Below the pieces are notes generated by a model. The model was not told the DNA's origin, searched no databases, and saw only the letters and a list, made by a program, of their open reading frames with translations. Shown piece by piece: positions 1 through 14,639 of a stretch of DNA of 64,000 nucleotides. A program made the position numbers and the translations under genes. Every line of letters begins with the position of its first letter. The first letter of the stretch is position 1. The stretch comes from Paraspadella gotoi. Its lineage: Eukaryota > Animalia > Chaetognatha. The stretch lies in assembly GCA_051294375.1 (NCBI GenBank), contig CM119267.1, forward strand, positions 1,766,099 through 1,830,098. Reading direction: 5' to 3'.

Positions 1-1570
1 AAATTTAAAGCTGAAACGAGGGGCTTTCGGAAAAAGATGACCGACGAGTGGCTGATAAATGATAAATGTTTAAAGTTTTGCACTTTTGTTTATGATTTGA
101 CTCAATTTCTATTTTCACCGGCGCCACCATCACCATCACCATCACCATCACCATCACAACCCAAATTCACCCTCAGTCCCCATCGNNNNNNNNNNNNNNN
201 NNNNNNNNNNNNNNNNNNNNNNNNNNNNNNNNNNNNNNNNNNNNNNNNNNNNNNNNNNNNNNNNNNNNNNNNNNNNNNNNNNNNNNNNNNNNNNNNNNNN
301 NNNNNNNNNNNNNNNNNNNNNNNNNNNNNNNNNNNNNNNNNNNNNNNNNNNNNNNNNNNNNNNNNNNNNNNNNNNNNNNNNNNNNNNNNNNNNNNNNNNN
401 NNNNNNNNNNNNNNNNNNNNNNNNNNNNNNNNNNNNNNNNNNNNNNNNNNNNNNNNNNNNNNNNNNNNNNNNCTTTGTCACTTCAATTTGTTCATAATCA
501 TTAAGAATTACAAAAAAGATGACAAAATGCGATTAAGATTTACTATTTGTCATAATGATTATGATAGAAATAATGATTATGATAGACATGATAGTATGGA
601 AACTAAAGTATTGTAAGTATGGTTAAACAAATTAACGAACGAGCAAACCATTATGAACTACGTATAGTTATATATAATATATATATATGTATTTATATAT
701 ATATATACGTACGATATCGATTGTCACCGGAATGGAATTCGATAACAACAACAACAACTACAATGCGAGTCTTTTATCCGAATCCCAATTTGGGTCATTA
801 ATGATGTAGGACAGAATGAGAGGCCGATGACCAAAGGAAAGGGCAGTGTAGGGCAGAGGGAGGAAGAGGGAGAGGGAGGAGGAGAGGGGAGAGGGGAATG
901 GCAGAGGAGGAGCTGGAAGAGGATTTGAGAGAGGAGCGGTGAGTGGTGAGTGGTGACTCTGACTTTCTTCATAGTGGAAATCATTTGGTAAAAAGAAAAA
1001 TTCGTTTAAAAAACTTTTTCAAATACTAATCTAATAATACTTCGTTCCATGAAAATTTGGATTCATGACGCGTATTTTCCTCATAAAAAAAATAAGGTGT
1101 AACCTCGTAAATGACGTAAAATGACGTAAAATGGTAAAATAAAATAAAATGATGTTTAAAACAGAATAAAAGGGATCAAACAGTAACATAAATTTACTTT
1201 AATCAATAAATAAATCATTAACTTTTTTGCCTTTTAAAATAGAAATTGCTTTCATCAATAATAAAGTTGTAAAAATATTATTTGCAAAAAAAAAAAAAAA
1301 AACTTTTTTTTTAACTTTGGCTCACGCGTCACCAAACCAGAGTCACAGATCCATGAGCACCTAAATGGAATTTTAATGCCGCATGAAACTTGAACTTCTC
1401 CTCCCTCCTCCTCCCTCTTCCTCCTCCTCCTACTCCTCCTCCCTCTTCCTCCTCTTCCTCCTCCTCCTCCTCTTTCTCTGTCTGCGTCTGATGATTTTCC
1501 AACTTCACTTTAATGATCTTCGTTTTTTGAAAATATTTTTTTTTTAGTGGAATTTTCTTCGAATTTTTTA

Positions 1571-1609
<39 letters not shown>

Positions 1610-1655
1610 CTCCCCCATTTTCGCGGTTTTTGAAAAGTATTTTCGTCTGCCGCCT

Positions 1656-1694
<39 letters not shown>

Positions 1695-2139
1695 TCCTTG
1701 TGTTCTTAACAACTTTTCCAAGCGAAACGTGCGTCTAATGGGCGTGGCCCCACCCATGGCGACGTAAGCTCCTCTCCCCTCAGACGTCACCTTCTCTTAC
1801 CTCCCTTTCCTCCCCATTCTCCTCTTCCTTTCTTTAATTCCTCTCTTTCCTCCCCATTCTCCTCATTCTCCCTGTCCTCCTCTTCCTTTCTTTCTTNNNN
1901 NNNNNNNNNNNNNNNNNNNNNNNNNNNNNNNNNNNNNNNNNNNNNNNNNNNNNNNNNNNNNNNNNNNNNNNNNNNNNNNNNNNNNNNNNNNNNNNNNNNN
2001 NNNNNNNNNNNNNNNNNNNNNNNNNNNNNNNNNNNNNNNNNNNNNNNNNNNNNNNNNNNNNNNNNNNNNNNNNNNNNNNNNNNNNNNNNNNNNNNNNNNN
2101 NNNNNNNNNNNNNNNNNNNNNNNGCAAGATGAGGTTAAA

Positions 2140-3000
2140 AACTGGTAAAATAAAAATAAAATGATGTTTAAAAATAGACTAAAAGAGAGATCAACAGTCA
2201 CCTAAGAGATTGACTTATAATTCAATAAATAAATCATGCTAACCTTTTGCCTATTTAGAATAGATATTATTTTCATCAATATTAAGTTGTACGAACAACG
2301 TCATTATTTGCCCAAAAAAAAAAAAAAAAACTTTTTGTAACTTTGGCTCAGCCCGTTCACCAAACCAGAGGGTCACAAGATCCAAATGAGCAACGCGCTA
2401 ATGGACATGTACTTTAAAAACTTATCGCCAGCCGCAATGAAACAGGATGAACTTCTGCTCCACCACCTTGCTCCACATCAATTAATACCTCCTCCTAAAC
2501 AAGGCCCATACTCTATCCCTACCCTATCACGTCACTAATCTTCATACCTTCCATGACGGGTGATACTTCTCATGTCTGCGTCTGATGGATTTTCAACTTC
2601 ACTTTAAGTAGAATATGCTTCGTCTTTTAAGAAATATCTTTTTTTCATTCGTGGAATTTTCTAGGCAATTTTTTGTCTTGAATTCAGTACTGATACAGTC
2701 GTCAAGGTCAGTCGAATCGTATCGTTGATACCCATCCCCCGCAATATGTTGCTGCGAGAGAGTTTTGAATTTACATGTATATCGTCTGCCGCCTTCTCGT
2801 ACGATGCAGTCGGATCGCGATCATCCGTCGTCGTCTAAATCTTTCCACGATACGTCGAACCGTCTAATGGAGAACGTACAGAAAAGGACCCACCCATGGC
2901 GACTAAAGTAACTCACTCCCTACAGGAAGTCACTTTCTAACCGTCCCATTCCTCACCCATTTCTCCTCTTCCGGTTCTTCTAGTAGCTCTGAGTATTCGA
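2140..3000 (+). other. Indel-rich re-copy of 1130-1860 (probable assembly artefact)
   Basis: Collinear with 1130-1860 but with scattered 1-3-nt insertions. Lies directly after an N gap. Confidence 0.8.
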
Positions 3001-3693
3001 TTCGCGCACACACTCTAGACTTATCCTCTTCTTACCTTTAACATGTGTGCACTTCTTTCTATCGTCACATATCACTGTCATTGGTATTCCATGTTAAATT
3101 CCTCTTCTTTCCTCCTATTCTCCTCAATTAGTCCCCCGATGTCCTCCTCTTTCCTGTTCTTTCTTACCTCTCCTTTCTCCGCCATTCTCTCTTGTCCTTT
3201 CTTTAATTCCTCTTCTTCTCCTCCCTTTTCTCCTCTGCCTTCTATTCTTTCCTCTCTTTCTCCATTCTCTTTCTTTCCTTATTCCTCTCTTTCTCCTTTT
3301 TCCTTTCTTCTTTTTCCTCATTTTTTTCTTCTTATCCCCATCAATTTTCGAATTTTATTTTTATATTTCTTTCATTTCTCCATTTTTCTTACCCTAACGT
3401 CAGTTCAACTCAGCTTCTTCTCAACCGGTTTTTCTGCAGACCTAATTGTTACACCAAAAGATAACTAACAGTTGAGGAAGGAGATAAAGACTCTGTGAAT
3501 TAGACTCCAACCCTAAAAGGCGGTTAAACCAAATGCCAAAAGAATTCTGAAAAGTTGTCGTACAAAATTCTCTTTTTTTTTTTAAAAATTCAAAGGGGAC
3601 AGTCCTTGACTTTTCCACAGCCTTTACTCCCACCTTCATTTTCCACCGGCGCTGAACAGATTCACCGTCTGATTGCTCCTCTCGCTCTCTCTC

Positions 3694-3729
<36 letters not shown>

Positions 3730-3889
3730 CTCCTTCCCTTCGTCCCCACCGTGAAAGAGACACTGATCCTTTATTGGTCTATCACCTTGAAAACTCTTCT
3801 CTTGCCGTCCATTTTCCTTTCCCTGACCTCTTTCGTTTTCTTGCCACAGTCTTTTCCTCGTGCCTCGCCATCCTTTCTTTTACTCTCGC

Positions 3890-4370
3890 CTCATTTCTTT
3901 CCCTGCTCCCTTTTCCTTTCTCTGCCTCCTTTCTTTCACTCCTCCTTTCACTTTCTCTGCCTTCGTTTATCCATCCTTCTTTTTTCCTCCATTTTCCTCT
4001 TCCCTGCTCCTTTATCTTTTCTAGGCTCCATTTTCCTCGTTCCCTTCTCCTTGTTCCTCTTCAGCCACCTTCTTTTCCTTCTTTCTCTGCCTCCCTTTCA
4101 TCCATTCTTTGCCATCATTTACTCTTCCCTGCCTCCTTTTCCTTTTCTCTGCCTCCTTCTTCCCTGCCTCCTTTTCCTTTTCTCTGCCGCCATAATTTTC
4201 TCTATCTTTGCCTCCATTTTCCTCTTCCCTGCCTCCTTTTCCTTTTCTCTGCCTCATTTTTCCTATTCTTTGCCTCCATTTTCTACTACTCCCTGCCTCC
4301 TTTTCCTTTCTTCTCTGCCTCCTTCCTTTTCTCTGCCCTCCATTTTCCATCTTCTCTTGCCTCGTCATTC
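3890..4370. repeat. Degenerate pyrimidine-rich minisatellite (ctctgcctccttttcctttt-like)
   Basis: Recurring tctgcc/cctgcc motif about every 20 bp. It explains the 301-aa and 282-aa low-complexity ORFs. Confidence 0.8.
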
Positions 4371-5731
4371 AGTCTCTTGCTTATCTATGTCCATCCTCCT
4401 CTCTTTCTCTTGTCTTTCCCATTCTACTTCTCTTTTCCCCAAAACCTTTTCAATCAGTGATCATCAATTTTTCATTCAGCTTAATAGGTTAAATTTGTCA
4501 CTGGCTGCTCTATTGGATTAATTTCATTTTATTGCTGTCAACCGTTTTTTTTTATTTCAAATGATAATTTTCCCCCAACTCTATTGCCCAATTAACTCGA
4601 AATAATCGAGCAAAAAGCAGATTTGATGTCAACCAATTAAACTTTTATTTCCTCCCCCTCCCCCCGTGAAACCTCCTCACAACGCCCTCTTTCCTTCTCA
4701 CCTCTCACAGAAAATCCCCGCCCCATCTCCAATCCCCTTCCCCTTCTCTTCTACCCCCTTTCCCCCCCGAGGGCGCAGTTTCACTTTTCAAGGGGCGTGT
4801 TATTAATACACCCTTAACATGCGAATTTATCCAAACGACGTTAAGAAGGCAGCGAATGAGAGGGGAGGAGGGTCGGGGGGCGTGCCAGACCGGCTGCGGT
4901 CGCGGGGGCGAGGATTCCGGAACGACCACAACCCGTTCCTCCTTTTGCCGATCTCGCCGGACTCGTTTCTCGGCCCATTTCACGAGGCGTTGTCCCATAG
5001 CCGGGTTCGTTATTAGGGTGGTCCTTGTAGCCGAATTTAAGATATCTACATATATATATCAAGACTTAACTCCTTACAAATAATATATTAATTAAAATTT
5101 CCCCATTTAACCCCTGATTTTTTTTTTCGAACAATTAACCTCATTAACCGTCATATTTTTTGCTTTAGTCCCTAATCTCCCACGACGCTCCGTCTCTGTC
5201 TCTGTCTCTCTCTCTCTCCCTTCCGCATCTTAATCTTCATCTTATCTCTTTCCTTTTTCCATCATCTCTTTTTCCCTCTTCTTCCTCTTTATATTGCATT
5301 TCTTATTGACCATGACTGACCGACCGACCGATGACTTGATCGACCGACCGAGGACTTAATCGAGCGACCGACCAACCAAATCGACGAACCAAAATCGAAC
5401 CGATAAAGTAGGTTCATCCTATTGACGAATCGTTGGAGTCAAATCCCTTTCTTGTCTGTCTGTCTATCTGTCTGTCTGTCTGTCTGTATGTTCGAGGTCG
5501 GTCTTTGTTTTTTTTCTATTTGTTTTTTTACATCAGTTAATCACGTCTCTATCTTTTCAAATACATCTGTCTGTCTCTATCTCTGTCTTTCTTTCTTTCC
5601 ATCTTTCTTTCTCTTTCTTCCGTTTAATGACCAAGGAACTGTTGGCAATAGGGCGCCACCACAAGCAATAAAACAGAACCAATGGGTTTTGAAATGGCTC
5701 AGTTGACACTCGGAGTGTCACTCTCACACAT

Positions 5732-5767
<36 letters not shown>

Positions 5768-6778
5768 NNNNNNNNNNNNNNNNNNNNNNNNNTTCTCTCT
5801 CTCTCCCTCAATCTTCTCTCTCCTCTCTCCTCTCTCTCCTCTTTACTCCCAATTAAACTGTCTCAATTCACATAGGAATATAATACTTCAATTTCTGAGT
5901 TAAGTTGGAAGGGAAAGTAGATTTCTTTCATATCGATGATATTCATAAATCTGTGATAATAATAGACTGAAAAATTCGCGGCGAAGAAAAAAGATTGAGA
6001 AAATCGAGTGAAGCGTATGACGAAGTATCGAGGGTACTGATGCTAGATTAGAGAGAGAGACTGAGGAGGAGAGAGAGAAGAGAGAGAGAGACGAGAGAGA
6101 GGGAAAAGTAGATTTCTTTCATATCGATGATATGTCATAAATCTGTGATAAATAATAGACTGAAAATTCGGCGGCGAAGAAAAAAGATGAGAAAATCGAG
6201 TGAAGGTATGACGAAGTATCGACGGGTCTGATCTAGANNNNNNNNNNNNNNNNNNNNNNNNNNNNNNNNNNNNNNNNNNNNNNNNNNNNNNNNNNNNNNN
6301 NNNNNNNNNNNNNNNNNNNNNNNNNNNNNNNNNNNNNNNNNNNNNNNNNNNNNNNNNNNNNNNNNNNNNNAGAGAGAGAGAGAGAGAGAGAGATAGACCG
6401 AGACAGAGAGAGAGAGAGACATCAACTGACGCCAACCAGGTGGAAGGTGAAAAATGAGCGCCGAGATTGAAGAAGCGGAAAGGAGGAAAAAGAAAAGAAA
6501 GGGAGGAGAGAAAAAGAAAAAGGAGGAATAAGAAAATAAAGGGAGGAAAGAAAAAGAGAAAGGAAAGGAAAGAAAAAGGGGAAAAAAGGAACGAAGAAAA
6601 CAAAGGAAAAAAGCAAAATATGAAAATCAAAGAGAAAACAAATTTACATCTTATAATTTCGGGAAAATTAAATGTGCATAGTTACTTTTAAGCATATGTG
6701 AGGAAAAGGAAATAATATGTTACTTTTCAATTCCTGAGAATTATGTGACTACCTTACGTAAAAAATTGTGTAGAATGC

Positions 6779-6810
<32 letters not shown>

Positions 6811-7322
6811 CGAGTCTAGGTAACTAATAGAGTGAATTCGCGAGTTCTGACGGCGAAACTAAAAAAGACTGAAAATTATCACGTGGAAGAATCTGAATGG
6901 AATTCACAGCAGAGACCATATTTGGAAGAGGAGAGGAGAGACGAGACCGATTTCTTAGAAATCGAAGGCGAAATAGAAAATAAAAGAGTTTTTGGCGGGG
7001 GAAAGCGGGGGAAGGGATGGGAGGGAGCGTGTTTTTGTGGATGAGGGGGGAGAGAGGAGGAGAGAAAAAAGGGGGAGTTAAAAAGAAGGAGAGGGAAAAT
7101 AGGAGGGAAGATAAAAGGGGGGGAAAGGGAAAAGTAAGAAAAAAAGATAAAAGAAAGGGATCGGGAAGATTGGGGGGAGAGATGAAATTGTGCTCATCGG
7201 GATGTGGGGGAGAGGAAAGAGTTCAGGCTGAATTGGCAACTTAGGAATCGGGGCTTTGCAGGGGCCCTGGGGGGGGGGTCCAATCGGCAAAAAATCAATT
7301 GGTTTCGGTGGCGATAACAAGA

Positions 7323-7365
<43 letters not shown>

Positions 7366-7542
7366 AGTCTGTAACGAAGTCTCGGATAAACGATGGTTAA
7401 GCAACACCGGCCTCTGTCCTTCCATTAAACAGTAGGGTGTTTAACAGCGTCAGTTGTCTATTTAAACAGTTTCAGGCATTGGGAGTATTATTTTTTTTTC
7501 ATTATAATAGTTTTAAAAAATATTATACCAATTCATTATTAA

Positions 7543-7838
7543 TAAAGCCAAGCACTCTGGAAATTGATTAACTAAAGATTGAGAGACAGTTGACTGAAAG
7601 CTTGCAATTTGCAAAGTCTGCTTATGATATTATTTTGTAAAAAGGATAGAGGGCGAAAGTCATAGGCAAAATAGCTGTTTTATTAAATGAAATTAAAATC
7701 TTGCAGGGTCCTGTCATATCATTATCTTGAATGAGTGATTGAGGCCATAAACCGCTATAGCTTATTCAAAGTCGGGGGAAAGATAGCTTATTTATCAAAT
7801 GAATGGATAATTAATATTTTGGTTGAACCAATTTCATA
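7543..7838 (+). repeat. Dispersed interspersed repeat, copy 2 (with internal insertion)
   Basis: aagccaagcactctgg...cttgcagggtcctg...tcaaagtcgggggaaagatagcttatttatcaaatgaatggataa aligns by eye with 48405-48615. Confidence 0.7.
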
Positions 7839-8273
7839 AATTTTCTCCAAATCGAGACGCTCTAACGCCCGCGGTTCCATCGCCGATGGTCAAGGGCCAT
7901 ATATGGAAATAGTGGGCCAGATTGAATGGGAGACCCGGAGGGCAACGAGGGGCGGAGGAAAGGGGTGGAGTGGGGTGGTTAGAGGATCGAAGGGATGGAG
8001 CAATTTGATAGAGCAAGAGGAGCAGAGAGATGAGGAGGCTCCAGGGGCAAAGAAGGAAAAGAAGATCTGATGGTCGACCACCGACCAACGATAAATCACT
8101 GCAAGGCGATGAGGAAGGACGACGATGACCACGACGACGACGACGACGACGACGACGAGCTAATGAGGTTCCGGCCTGAAGAAAGAAACATCAAATATTT
8201 AAGGGAAGTATCTTCTTTTCTTTCGGTGGTCAACTGTTTCTCTTCTCTCTCGGGGTCCGTGGGCGATGAAGAA

Positions 8274-8308
<35 letters not shown>

Positions 8309-9027
8309 AACGGCGACAACCGACGTCTAAATCATTTCACACGCGGGAAAAACGAAGGGAAGAGATTAAGGCGTGAGAAAACATAAATCAGGAGAAAAAA
8401 GAAACCGTTTGTTGTGTTCGTTATCGTTGCTGATGTTGTTGTTGTTGTTGTTATTATTATTGTTGTTGATGTTGTTGTTATTGTCTTATTTTTCTTTCTG
8501 TTTTTGTCGATTCCGACAAAAACGATGCCTTTTGTTTTTTGTATTCATTTGTAAACACTAAACAATATTCTCCGCTTGCTGGCGTCGACCTGTTTCGATC
8601 GAATGAGAGAACAAATGAGTAACGAGTGAAAGTCAAATATGGCGGAATTTTATCTAGATTTATACGAAAGACGATATTTCGTATGTATAAAAACACGGCA
8701 ATTAACAGCTTTGTATCTTTTGTGTATGTTGATAATTAGTTAAATATAACCACAAAAAACAAGTTAATTTCGTACGCCAAGGAAACAGCAAAACGGACAA
8801 AATTATTTTCTCTCTCTCNNNNNNNNNNNNNNNNNNNNNNNNNNNNNNNNNNNNNNNNNNNNNNNNNNNNNNNNNNNNNNNNNNNNNNNNNNNNNNNNNN
8901 NNNNNNNNNNNNNNNNNNNNNNNNNNNNNNNNNNNNNNNNNNNNNNNNNNNNNNNNNNNNNNNNNNNNNNNNNNNNNNNNNNNNNNNNNNNNNNNNNNNN
9001 NNNNNNNNNNNNNNNNNNNNNNNNNNN

Positions 9028-9062
<35 letters not shown>

Positions 9063-9141
9063 CTGCTTGTCATCAACGTCATTGCTGGCGTCTTGAGTCT
9101 CTGAGATTTGTCGACAAAGTTTCACAGCATTCTTCCAAATT

Positions 9142-9350
9142 GCATAATGCACACTCCATACTGTCAATTGCATATTGCACACTTCATACTGTCAATTGCA
9201 TATTGCACACACCATACCGTCAATTGCATATTTCACACTCCATACTGTCAATTGCATGTTGCACACTACATACTGTCAATTGCTTATTGCACACACCATA
9301 CCATCAATTGCATATTTCACACTCCATACTGTCAATTGCTTATTGCACAT
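9142..9350. repeat. 28-bp minisatellite, ~7 copies (cacactccatactgtcaattgcatattg)
   Basis: Units start at 9150, 9178, 9206, 9234, 9262, 9290 and 9318, with no spacers. Confidence 0.92.
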
Positions 9351-9639
9351 TCCACCGTTGAAGGAAAACCTTTGGGTGGCACCATCGTTTATGGGGAGAA
9401 AGTTCCAGTAAAGCACGGAACTGAATCACGGTGATAAAGACGGCCGATGATGAGGGCGACGACGACGACGACGACGACGACAGCGACGACGACGAAGACG
9501 GCGACGATGGCGTTCGAAACGAGTCTCTAGCGGCGAGAAAAGAAATCAATCACGAGCGTCGGACATTAAATCTCATTTCTGGTCGAAAGCATCGATGAGA
9601 GAAGATGGTTTTTGGGAAGAGAGATGGAAGAAAGAAAGA

Positions 9640-9980
9640 TGGATTGAAAGAAGGAGAGAAGGATTGAAAGAAGGAAAGAAGGATTTGAAAGAAGGATTGA
9701 AAGAAGGAAAGAAGGATTTGAAAGAAGGATTGAAAGAAGAAAAGAAGGATTGAAAGAAGGAAAGAAGGATTTGAAAGAAGGATTGAAAGAAGAAAAGAAG
9801 GATTTGAAAGAAGGAAAGAAGGATTTGAAAGAAGGAGAGAAGGATTGAAAGAAGGAAAGAAGGATTGAAAGAAGGAAAGAAGGATTGAAAGAAGGATTGA
9901 AAGAAGGAAAGGATTGAAAGAAGGATTGAAAGAAGGAGAGAAGAATTGAAAGAAGGAAAGAAGAATTGAAAGAAGGATGG
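9640..9980. repeat. Degenerate ~12-bp purine-rich minisatellite (GAAAGAAGGATT/GAAAGAAG)
   Basis: Directly visible tandem array. It explains ORFs 9550..10107 and 9573..10088. Confidence 0.9.
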
Positions 9981-10248
9981 AAATAAATATTGAAAAAGGA
10001 TTGAAAGATGGAAAGAAAGAAACAGGGTAAAATATACTAAGAGAGAAAAAAAAATTGACGACGACGACGAAATGAGTGACACTGACAAAGGTGATGAGGG
10101 GAACCACAGCGATGATGATGACGACGACGACTAAGACGACGATGACGACGACGACGACGACGAAGGTGACTTGGCCGCAGAATTTACGATCATCTTGGGG
10201 TCAGTATAAAGAGGAAGAGAAGGAGAGACGTGAAATGAGAAGGAAAGA

Positions 10249-10352
<104 letters not shown>

Positions 10353-11770
10353 AAATAGAAAGGAAAAGAAAAAAGAGTCTTTGAGTCACAAACCAACTCG
10401 ACGGATCAAATAAATTTCTTACCTTTCGTTTCTCCTTTGAGACCCAAGTAGCGATTCGCTCCAGTAGGCGAGAGGAGTGAGGGGAGCTAGAGGNNNNNNN
10501 NNNNNNNNNNNNNNNNNNNNNNNNNNNNNNNNNNNNNNNNNNNNNNNNNNNNNNNNNNNNNNNNNNNNNNNNNNNNNNNNNNNNNNNNNNNNNNNNNNNN
10601 NNNNNNNNNNNNNNNNNNNNNNNNNNNNNNNNNNNNNNNNNNNNNNNNNNNNNNNNNNNNNNNNNNNNNNNNNNNNNNNNNNNNNNNNNNNNNNNNNNNN
10701 NNNNNNNNNNNNNNNNNNNNNNNNNNNNNNNNNNNNNNNNNNNNNNNNNNNNNNNNNNNNNNNNNNNNNNNNNNNNNNNNNNNNNNNNNNNNNNNNNNNN
10801 NNNNNNNNNNNNNNNNNNNNNNNNNNNNNNNNNNNNNNNNNNNNNNNNNNNNNNNNNNNNNNNNNNNNNNNNNNNNNNNNNNNNNNNNNNNNNNNNNNNN
10901 NNNNNNNNNNNNNNNNNNNNNNNNNNNNNNNNNNNNNNNNNNNNNNNNNNNNNNNNNNNNNNNNNNNNNNNNNNNNNNNNNNNNNNNNNNNNNNNNNNNN
11001 NNNNNNNNNNNNNNNNNNNNNNNNNNNNNNNNNNNNNNNNNNNNNNNNNNNNNNNNNNNNNNNNNNNNNNNNNNNNNNNNNNNNNNNNNNNNNNNNNNNN
11101 NNNNNNNNNNNNNNNNNNNNNNNNNNNNNNNNNNNNNNNNNNNNNNNNNNNNNNNNNNNNNNNNNNNNNNNNNNNNNNNNNNNNNNNNNNNNNNNNNNNN
11201 NNNNNNNNNNNNNNNNNNNNNNNNNNNNNNNNNNNNNNNNNNNNNNNNNNNNNNNNNNNNNNNNNNNNNNTGAAAAAAGTGAAATTTAAAAATGAAATTA
11301 ATTATTAAAATTTATAACTTTTATGTATATGAGAGAAAATTTAAAAAAATTAAAAAAGTAAAAAAAGTTAATTTAATAATCGAAGTTTGCAAAACTTGTA
11401 AAGTTTTCTCGATTTCATAAAAGAAAATACTTCTTTTCGTTTTTGTCGTCGCAGTCGGTCGTCGTCGTCGTCGTCGTCGTCGTCGTCCTCTAAGTCGTTG
11501 CGTCATATTCTCACGTTTTTCAAGATGAAAAAAGACCAAAAGATAATTGGAAAAATAAGAAAGAAGAAAAAACTACGAGAAAAGAAAAGAAAAAAAACGA
11601 TAAAAAAAAATATAAACTAAAAAATATATATAAAAAATCATGGAATAAAAAAATATAAGTAAAAAAACAATTTTTTTTGAAAAAAATTAAAACTTTGCTT
11701 ATGATGTCGATGAAGTAAAATAAATAACAAAATAAAAAATGAAAAGACCGCAAAAAAACAGAGGTATAAT

Positions 11771-12360
11771 TAGGGGTGAATCAAAAATTTAGAATGATTA
11801 TATGCTCAAACGAAAATTTATACATTTTTAAGTATACTTTCAATGGACAAAACATTTCTTATGTGGCTCTATACCCAAATAATTAATTTTTTAATATTTA
11901 TTTATAAATAGGAAAGGCCAAAATTTTTTTTGATAATTTTTAAATTTTAAAACCAGATTCAGATAGCTTATAAAAGTATACAAAGTATAATTCTTTTTTA
12001 AATATTTTCATGATAAGTGAGTCAAAAATAAGAAAAACCGTAAAAAATCATCATCATCATCATCTTTCGATAATTTTATCAGTTTTTTTATATTTTCACT
12101 TAGAAAACGTAAGAATTTTTAAAAGCTGTAATTATATTTCTTATTTAACTTTTAATGCTCTATCAGAATCCATCAAAAAATTTTAAGATTTCAACAAAAA
12201 AAATTTATAATGTTAAAAAAGACAAGTAATATTTAATGTATTAATCAAGACGTATAATATAATTTTTTTTTGAAAATGATTGTTTAAATATTTAGTCAAG
12301 ACTACTAAAAATACTTTGCTAATAGTCGAAATTTTATATTATCTCTGGAGTTGGTCCCTA
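11771..12360. mobile_element. AT-rich foldback MITE with TAGGG...CCCTA ends (hAT-like)
   Basis: Begins TAGGG and ends CCCTA. Flanked by direct repeat GTATAAT (11764-11770 and 12361-12367). Internal degenerate palindrome centred near the (CAT)n at ~12055. Absent from the second copy of this locus near 15030. Confidence 0.65.
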
Positions 12361-12603
12361 GTATAATGTTCTCTGTACATAGACGTATTTAGTTTTTAGT
12401 TTTAAGTTTTCATCAACAACAAAGTATTGCAAAATAAGTTTTTTTGAAAATAAAAGATAACTTATCAAGGCACTAATTAAAACAAATCCAATATTAAATG
12501 TGAGCATTTTTAAATTTACTAGTTTTGTTATCTTTACGGTTGGTTAATTTTTTTTCCTTCTCAATGTTTTTCCATTTGCTATTTCTCTCTCTGCCTCTCC
12601 CCC

Positions 12604-12711
<108 letters not shown>

Positions 12712-13189
12712 CTCTCTCTTTTTCTCTCTCTCTTTCTCTCTCTCTCTTTCTCTCTCTCTTTCTTTCTATCAGCATCTGTTGGTCTCTCGCTCTCCCTCCA
12801 CCTAAACCTTTCCTCTCTCGTTTTTATGGTTTGTTTGATTTAGAATAAGTTTAACAATGAAGTCGCCCAAAGCCAACGGCCCATAACCCAATGCTCACAG
12901 TTCATAGACGTCGGTTTTTTTCCATTGGAAATCTAAACAACATTGTGACTTATTTATAAAAAAATTATATAACAGTGAGTAAACTTTGACTGTGACATCT
13001 TAAAAGCTTGATCCGAACTCAGGTTAACTGTTGTGGGGTTTTTTCGCGCTCATTCTGGAATAGATTGCAATTATTCGAAGCAGTTGAAATTAATATTGCT
13101 TAAAGGATAATGCTATATATATAAAAAGTGCAATCCGAATTGTTATGTTTCGTTTTTCGCTAAATGGCTTTGCTTAAAGATAAACTCAC

Positions 13190-13300
13190 ATTTTTGGCTT
13201 CATCAATGATTTCAGTTTAGCAAAGCAACTGTTTATCGATATTATCAGATCTTTCATTGATTCATTGAACCAATCATAGAATGAAATACTCTTTAAGACT
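13190..13300 (-). CDS. Possible isolated coding exon (VLKSISFYDWFNESMKDLIISINSCFAKLKSLMKPK)
   Basis: Minus-strand tag acceptor, 111-nt open frame, GTGAGT donor. No recognisable homology and a weak pyrimidine tract. Confidence 0.2.
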
Positions 13301-13441
13301 CTATATTAATTGCTACCCTAACCATAATCCAAAGTGAGATTTTTCTCTCTTTTCTTTCATATTTTGCGTTTGTTTTAGGCGCAAAGAACGATTCAGTTAA
13401 GTGTTACTTCAATCTCTTCTTTTTTGTGTTGAAACTTCAAA

Positions 13442-13444
<3 letters not shown>

Positions 13445-13504
<60 letters not shown>

Positions 13505-13528
13505 AATTATTATTATTATTAATATTAA

Positions 13529-13607
<79 letters not shown>

Positions 13608-13705
13608 ATTATTATTATTATTATTAGTTTTACGTATTTAAAAAAAGTAAAAAAAGTAAAAAAAGTAAAAAAAGTAAAAAAAGTAAAAAGAGTAAAAAGA
13701 GTAAG
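13445..13705. repeat. (ATT)n microsatellite followed by (AAAAAAGTA)n
   Basis: Directly visible. Confidence 0.95.
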
Positions 13706-13999
13706 AAAATAGTGTATAGAAGATCCACACACAAAAAAATAACCTATTACGACACAGAAGCACAAAAACAAAAAAGGGTCAGAAACGAATGTCAACCCAG
13801 ACGACGACGACGACGACGACGACGAAGACTCCGATGAAATGTTCCATTTGATCGAGGAACCAGCACAAGTCTCTTCAATGCCATTCTATGCCATTCGATG
13901 CCATTCTATGCCATCCTTTAACTCTTTCTTGATCCATTGTTAAACTGTCTCCTGAGTAAACAATTAAATCCTCCCTCGATTCTCCTCTCTGGTTTCGGG

Positions 14000-14038
<39 letters not shown>

Positions 14039-14639
14039 AATTTAATATGATTATATTACTAATGAAAAAAACTGATTATTTTGATTATTTAATAAAACAT
14101 TTGAGATACATTTAATATAAAAGGAAAAAGAAGCAATTATGTAAACGGTTTTGTTTTCCATAACCCATCATCAAAATAAAATTCATAGAATTAGATTCTG
14201 TCAATCTACTCATATATCTTTCCACCACTACAAAATCCAGTATACATCACTATCGCATTTGGGTTAAAAAGTGAATAATTTTTTTTCTGTCCATTTAAAC
14301 GTCTCCCAGGATTCCAATCGAAACTTTAATATCAACTCAATCAACACGTACCTACCACAACAAATTCATTTTAATCAATACACCACAATCTACGAGAATT
14401 GTGTATTTGGGCCTAGGTGACGACAGGACTAGACGAGACGGAACCCGGACAGAAGACGGACGGACAATCATTTTTGCAATTAAACCATAAATTTCATGTT
14501 GACATATAAAAGGCGAACAATTATTGACGGCGACGACGACGGGAAAAGTGAGTATAAAAGTGTAATAGAGTTCCGGACATCTTGATTAAAGCAGATCGAC
14601 TAAAAAAACAAAAACGTCTTCGTTTAAACTAAACTTTTT

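Noticed and set aside
3555-4521. 301-aa and 282-aa ORFs (longest gap-free entries in the ORF track)
   Set aside because: Translations of a pyrimidine-rich minisatellite, open in multiple frames with only F/S/L/P bias.
4705-8330. GC-rich exon-like patches (4705-5046, 7200-7430, 7834-8180) on the minus strand
   Set aside because: Could not be linked into a phase-consistent model and the peptides show no homology I recognise.
9108-9434. Cys/His-rich repeat protein ORFs
   Set aside because: The 28-bp unit is not a multiple of 3 and the same peptides appear in all frames, so it is a non-coding minisatellite.
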